Part shown: one piece after another, positions 17,120 to 20,847 of the stretch
Position numbering within the stretch: position 1 is the stretch's first letter
Layout of the letters: each line of letters starts with the position of its first letter
DNA from: Candidatus Nanohaloarchaea archaeon
GTDB lineage: Archaea; Nanohalarchaeota; Nanosalinia; Nanosalinales; Nanosalinaceae
NCBI GenBank assembly: GCA_042218075.1
Contig: JBDGRK010000014.1
Coordinates: 1-20,847 of the forward strand
Reading direction: 5' to 3'
DNA: 20,847 bases
Notes under the pieces: model-generated
The model's database searches: none
Seen by the model: the letters and a program-made list of their open reading frames with translations, nothing else
What the model was told of the DNA's origin: nothing
Translations under genes and position numbers: made by a program

Positions 17120-17818
17120 TTAGAGAGTATACTTACGTTCATCCCTTGTTTCAAATTTTTTAACCAGATCCTTTCTCACGTAAACCTCAACGGCTTCTCC
17201 TTCATAACCGTTCAAATATGGTATTCCGATATAACCCTTCCTCCGCATGTCGCCGAGGATTCCACTTTCTATCTGTTCCATATCTTCTTCATACAAGATG
17301 GCCATGTAATGTTTTTCACAGCCAAGAACTGTGTGTATTATGTCTCTATCTATCTCTTCTAGTATAATTTCCCAGACATCTTCCTCATCAGTTCCATTCC
17401 TCGGGTATTCAGAGGAGAAGGATAGTTTTGCGAACTCCTCGCTCGCCCCAAACCTGCTGAGCTTCATTTCCAAATCCCTTCTGAATTCGGCGCCAAATTC
17501 CTGATCCAGGGCCTTGACGTAAGGCCCAGGTTTTGTTTTATTTGGGTTCTGGGTTCCCGCCAGTAGCTTATGAAGCCTTGATTTTTGCTGAAGTTTGCTT
17601 TCTGATTGCTCCCCTATAATTTTTATCCAGCTATTGATCATCGCAGGGGAATACTGCTGGGTTTGATCGAACAAATTTTTCGCAGGTAGAAGTTTTTTCT
17701 GGTAAAATCGATCAGGATCAAATTCTTCTTCTGAAGAAGCGGATGGAAGATCTTTCACAGTTTCGCTATCGACGAATGCATATTCCTGTTCTTCAATAGG
17801 AAAATTCTCTGAACCCAT
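17120..17818 (-). CDS. Hypothetical protein
   Basis: 232-aa acidic ORF, ATG start with an AT-rich promoter region, no motif recognised. Confidence 0.75.
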   Translation of the reverse strand: MGSENFPIEEQEYAFVDSETVKDLPSASSEEEFDPDRFYQKKLLPAKNLFDQTQQYSPAMINSWIKIIGEQSESKLQQKSRLHKLLAGTQNPNKTKPGPYVKALDQEFGAEFRRDLEMKLSRFGASEEFAKLSFSSEYPRNGTDEEDVWEIILEEIDRDIIHTVLGCEKHYMAILYEEDMEQIESGILGDMRRKGYIGIPYLNGYEGEAVEVYVRKDLVKKFETRDERKYTL

Positions 17819-17867
17819 ATGTGATTAATTCATAACAAATAATAAATAGAGGTATTCATCTCCTGCC

Positions 17868-18803
17868 CTAGTAATTATCCACTTCCTCCAGTAGCTGGCA
17901 TTTCCTGCAGACTTCTGAGGAGCAGGGTTCCCCGCACCTCTCGCATTCTCTTATTTCATTTTCTTCCGCCTCGTAGTCTATTTCTTCCTCTACAAGTTCC
18001 GAGATTTCTCTACCCTGCGAGACAATCGAGTGCTTTATCCCTGGCATCTCTGACTCCAGCCTGTTGAGAAAGCTCTTAACCATAGGTCTCAGCGATCCCT
18101 CTTCTACGTGAGGACAGCGATCTATAACACCCAGGTCGTGGAGCTTGGAGTAGAGCGCGATATCTTTCTCCATCAGGTCTTTCAGTGGTTTTATTCTTTG
18201 GACGAATTTTTCGTGATCCGCGGGATCGGAACCCGAAATTCTTGCCATCCTCTTCATGTCGCCCTTGATATGGTTCATCATTATCGCCTGCGCCTCGTCG
18301 TCAAGGTTGTGTCCAATCGCTATCTTGTCTGCTTCAACTTCCCTAGCGAGCCTGTTCAGCAGATCTCGCCTCATTATGCCGCAGTAGGTGCAGTTCGATT
18401 TTTCCAGTTTATCCACCACGTTCTCCATCCTGAGGTCGTAGTAGTCCTCGTACCTGCCGATCTCCAGCTCGACCCCCATTTCTTCACATAGTTCTTCCGC
18501 AGCTGAGATAGATTCGTCTCTATACGGATCAATTCCCTCGTGGACCGCCACAGCTACAATCTCTATATCCGGCCTCTGTCCGAAAATTTCTACCAGCTGC
18601 TCAAGAAGTACCGCGGAGTCTTTCCCTCCCGAGAGTCCTACCGCTACAGTGTCCCCTGATTCGATCATGTCGTCCTCTCTCATCGTCTGTTTGACCTGTT
18701 TGTTCAGGTCGATCGAGAAATGCCTTTTACATAAACCTCTGCCCTCGTACTCCCGGAATAGAACCGCTTCCGAGTCACACTTGGAACATTTTTCTTCAGT
18801 CAT
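17868..18803 (-). CDS. ncsA: tRNA 2-thiolation protein NcsA/TtuA/Ctu1 family
   Basis: N-terminal CSKC...CKRH, SGGKDS PP-loop, CTYC, GHNLDD, RIKPL, CPH, C-terminal CERC...CRKC. ATG at 18803 about 32 nt after TTAAAA. Confidence 0.92.
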   Translation of the reverse strand: MTEEKCSKCDSEAVLFREYEGRGLCKRHFSIDLNKQVKQTMREDDMIESGDTVAVGLSGGKDSAVLLEQLVEIFGQRPDIEIVAVAVHEGIDPYRDESISAAEELCEEMGVELEIGRYEDYYDLRMENVVDKLEKSNCTYCGIMRRDLLNRLAREVEADKIAIGHNLDDEAQAIMMNHIKGDMKRMARISGSDPADHEKFVQRIKPLKDLMEKDIALYSKLHDLGVIDRCPHVEEGSLRPMVKSFLNRLESEMPGIKHSIVSQGREISELVEEEIDYEAEENEIRECERCGEPCSSEVCRKCQLLEEVDNY

Positions 18804-18831
18804 TATAGGCCGAATTAGATTTAGAAAGCTT

Positions 18832-19500
18832 TTAACTCTGAGATTCGTCCACAATTTCTTTCAGCTCTTTGAGACTTGATAGCCTGTGAGTTGGTTCGAT
18901 CTCTATATCGTTGTGCCCTCTTTCCACCAGTACTGAATCGATTCTAGCGTTGTCCGCAGACTTGATATCAAACCAGTCGTCTCCTACCATAACCGGATTT
19001 TCAGATCCCATTTCCTCCATCGCCTTCTCCAGCATATGAGTCTCCGGCTTCCAGATACTGTGATAGGTTTCGATCTCTTCCAGCCTGGGCGCAATCCAGT
19101 ACTCTAGGTGTCTATCTATTCCGAATTCTATCACAATCTCCTCCAGTATATCTCCGAATGCGTTACTAACGACTGCAGCAGGCAACTCGAGCTTCTCCAG
19201 AACTTGCTCTGATTCCTTGAAAAGCTCTATATCCCCGTTTCTAACCATTTCCATTTTTTTCCTGGCCGCTGCTTTTTCCATCTAAATCGCTTCGTCCCAG
19301 TCCAGTCTACTTTTCTCTACTTTCGCCTTCATTTCCTCGAATGATCGGGAGGTGAAAACAAAACCTTCAGGATAGTCGAAGTCTTCGTAACCCATTTGCT
19401 TCGCTTTCTTCCTCCTGAAGTCGTTCGCCCACTTGAATCCGTCTCCCGCAGAGTCCAGCAATACCCTATCCATGTCGAAGACTATTCCATCGTAACTCAT
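18832..19500 (-). pseudogene. HAD-family phosphatase interrupted by an in-frame TAG (19282-19284)
   Basis: Motif I FDMDRVLLDS lies in ORF 19282-19500. Motifs II-IV (VSN, WKP, MVGDD..DI) lie in the in-frame, directly abutting ORF 18832-19281. Confidence 0.85.
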
Positions 19501-19545
19501 GTTCTTGAATATTGGGGCATAAAGATTTTACAGTCAGTGGTAGTT

Positions 19546-19707
19546 GCCAGCGTGGCGGAGTCCGGTTGAACGCGGCAGATTCGAGCTACCGTTTTCTCAA
19601 GCGGTCCTTACCGCGAGATGACGGTTGAAGAAGCGAATACCTGCAGCTTCGAAGAAGTATCTGCTGGGACACATGCTCCCTCCCCGGTTCGAATCCGGGC
19701 GCTGGCG
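19546..19707 (+). tRNA. tRNA-Ser (anticodon CGA) with a 73-nt intron at 37/38 (19586-19658)
   Basis: Acceptor GCCAGCG/CGCTGGC, G73, anticodon stem GCAGA/TCTGC, spliced loop TTCGAGA, long variable arm GGGA..TCCC, T arm CCCGG-TTCGAAT-CCGGG. Confidence 0.9.
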
Positions 19708-19747
19708 CTATCTTTCTCATACTGTAAAATTTAAAGGTAGATCTTTA

Positions 19748-19825
19748 CCGGTTCAAATCCTGAAGTTCTCCGATAGGAGAACGGGGAAAGAGAAAATTCT
19801 TCGATTTTCGTTCCGGGCGCTGGCG
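19748..19825 (+). repeat. Interrupted duplicate of the tRNA-Ser 3' end with a hairpin-rich insert
   Basis: CCGGTTCAAATCC (19748-19760, 12/13 match to the T arm), a 51-nt insert, then TCCGGGCGCTGGCG (19812-19825, 14/14 match to 19694-19707). Confidence 0.8.
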
Positions 19826-19826
19826 T

Positions 19827-20393
19827 TCACTTCTTGAGCGCTTTCCTCATTTCTTCCGGGAATCCGTGTTCATGTCTCACAAACGCTGTTGCAAGCACTG
19901 CGTGGAAGATTCCATGTCTTTTCAGCAGAAGGTATTTGTCGTCTTTCAAGAGATGGAGCACCGAGCAGGCGAAGTTGTCGTATACCAGCTGGTTGAAGTT
20001 ATGTCCCTCAAGTTTTTCTCTATCCTTCAGTATTTCTATCAGGAAGTTTACCAGTACCTTCCTCGCCTCCTCCTCGTTTCTCTCAAGGTTTTTGAGCAAA
20101 AATTTTGCCTCCTCCATCTCATCCAGTGAGTTTGCGAGAGAGTCAAACCAGAACCGGGATACTTCATCGAAATCAACGCTGTAATAGTGTACCCTGCTGT
20201 TCTTGCATTTACTTACAAAGCCTGCCTCATTCAGGTCAGTGAGGGTCCTGCATATCGATGCCTGTGACTTGTCGAGTTCGTCGGCAATATTCGCCCCGTA
20301 ATCTCTATTGCCCTCGGAGACAATTTGGGCCAGAATCTGGACCGCGAGTTCGGAATTCATAATTGAGAGAACATTATTGTCGCTCGCAGTCAT
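19827..20393 (-). CDS. Winged helix-turn-helix (ArsR/MarR-like) transcriptional regulator
   Basis: ILAQI...YGANIADELDKSQASICRTLTDLNEAGFV...VHYYSV wHTH pattern plus an unassigned helical C-terminal domain. Confidence 0.8.
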   Translation of the reverse strand: MTASDNNVLSIMNSELAVQILAQIVSEGNRDYGANIADELDKSQASICRTLTDLNEAGFVSKCKNSRVHYYSVDFDEVSRFWFDSLANSLDEMEEAKFLLKNLERNEEEARKVLVNFLIEILKDREKLEGHNFNQLVYDNFACSVLHLLKDDKYLLLKRHGIFHAVLATAFVRHEHGFPEEMRKALKK

Positions 20394-20460
20394 AAATTCG
20401 AGCTTAACCGTAGATATTAAAAGATTGATTTAACATTAGATGTTATAGGTGGAAAAAAAA

Positions 20461-20697
20461 ATGGAATTTTCTATCAGAAGCATGAAACAACTACTCAAGC
20501 AAAACACGGAGAAAAGAGTGAGCGAGGAAGCTGCAGGAGAACTAGGAGATTTCCTCGACGACTGGGCAACCGGTGTAGGAGAAGAATCTGTGGAAGTCGC
20601 TGCAGAGGATGACAGACAGACAGTAAGGGCAGAAGACATCAGGGAAGTATTGAGAAGACGACAGGATAGGGAAGTTGAACACCAGATGGAGCTGTAA
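20461..20697 (+). CDS. Archaeal histone-fold protein (single fold, acidic, C-terminal extension)
   Basis: FSIRSMKQLLK...RVSEEAA...RQTVRAEDI matches the HMf-family L1 (RV) and L2 (R-x-T-x-x-x-x-D) signatures. Confidence 0.9.
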   Translation: MEFSIRSMKQLLKQNTEKRVSEEAAGELGDFLDDWATGVGEESVEVAAEDDRQTVRAEDIREVLRRRQDREVEHQMEL

Positions 20698-20847
20698 ATA
20701 CTACGGATTTTATTTTTACTCTATAAAAATTTCTTCCCTATTTTCACTTTTTGGTTCCGCTCTCTCAGTTGGAGTTATATTACAGCCAACCGCTTAAACA
20801 CCTGCTTGAGGACTCTGCTGGTTTTTGGAGTAGAACTATTTTTGTTG

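Noticed and set aside
19586-19588. CTA at the intron start as a possible amber-suppressor anticodon for the neighbouring HAD TAG
   Set aside because: It would need excision of only 4 nt (CGAG), which BHB splicing cannot do; the CGA anticodon fits the canonical loop.
19748-19825. T-loop (59/60) intron in a split-tRNA 3' half
   Set aside because: The outer CCGG/CCGG helix forms, but the required 4-bp central helix (TTCA with TTTC) does not, and no anticodon or variable-arm sequence precedes it. Kept only as a duplicate/ncRNA hypothesis.
19625-19837. 70-aa ORF
   Set aside because: Lies over the tRNA-Ser intron, 3' exon and trailer.
20768-20790. GTTGG...CCAAC inverted repeat resembling a CRISPR repeat
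   Set aside because: Single copy with a 5-bp stem near the window edge; no array or cas genes visible.

Overview
Archaeal chromosomal window from an extreme halophile. The evidence is strongly acidic proteins, TATA-type promoters with mostly leaderless genes, a single-fold archaeal histone, an intron-containing tRNA and an unlinked 5S rRNA. The compact, moderate-GC layout best fits a nanohaloarchaeon (DPANN), which is an inference. Housekeeping genes: ileS (truncated at the left edge), a HIT-fold protein, a TRAM protein, thiI, family-4 UDG, an RsmB/NOP2 m5C methyltransferase with a PUA/NIP7-like partner, riboflavin synthase, htpX, a sugar-phosphate nucleotidyltransferase, an NcsA/TtuA thiolase, a wHTH regulator, a histone, tRNA-Tyr(GTA), tRNA-Ser(CGA, 73-nt intron) and 5S rRNA. 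AT-rich ORFans are interspersed. The most unusual signal is non-coding: each tRNA gene is flanked by a 65-80 nt module containing a duplicated piece of that tRNA, a segment antisense to it and a related GAA(A/G)AT..AT(T/C)TTC hairpin, each downstream of a TATA-like box. Other oddities are a HIT protein lacking its catalytic histidines, a Cys-free family-4 UDG, a hyper-acidic TRAM tail, a HAD gene split by an in-frame TAG, a frameshifted HExxH peptidase behind a duplicated htpX end, and a shortened 5S rRNA. No CRISPR array, transposase or integrase was seen.
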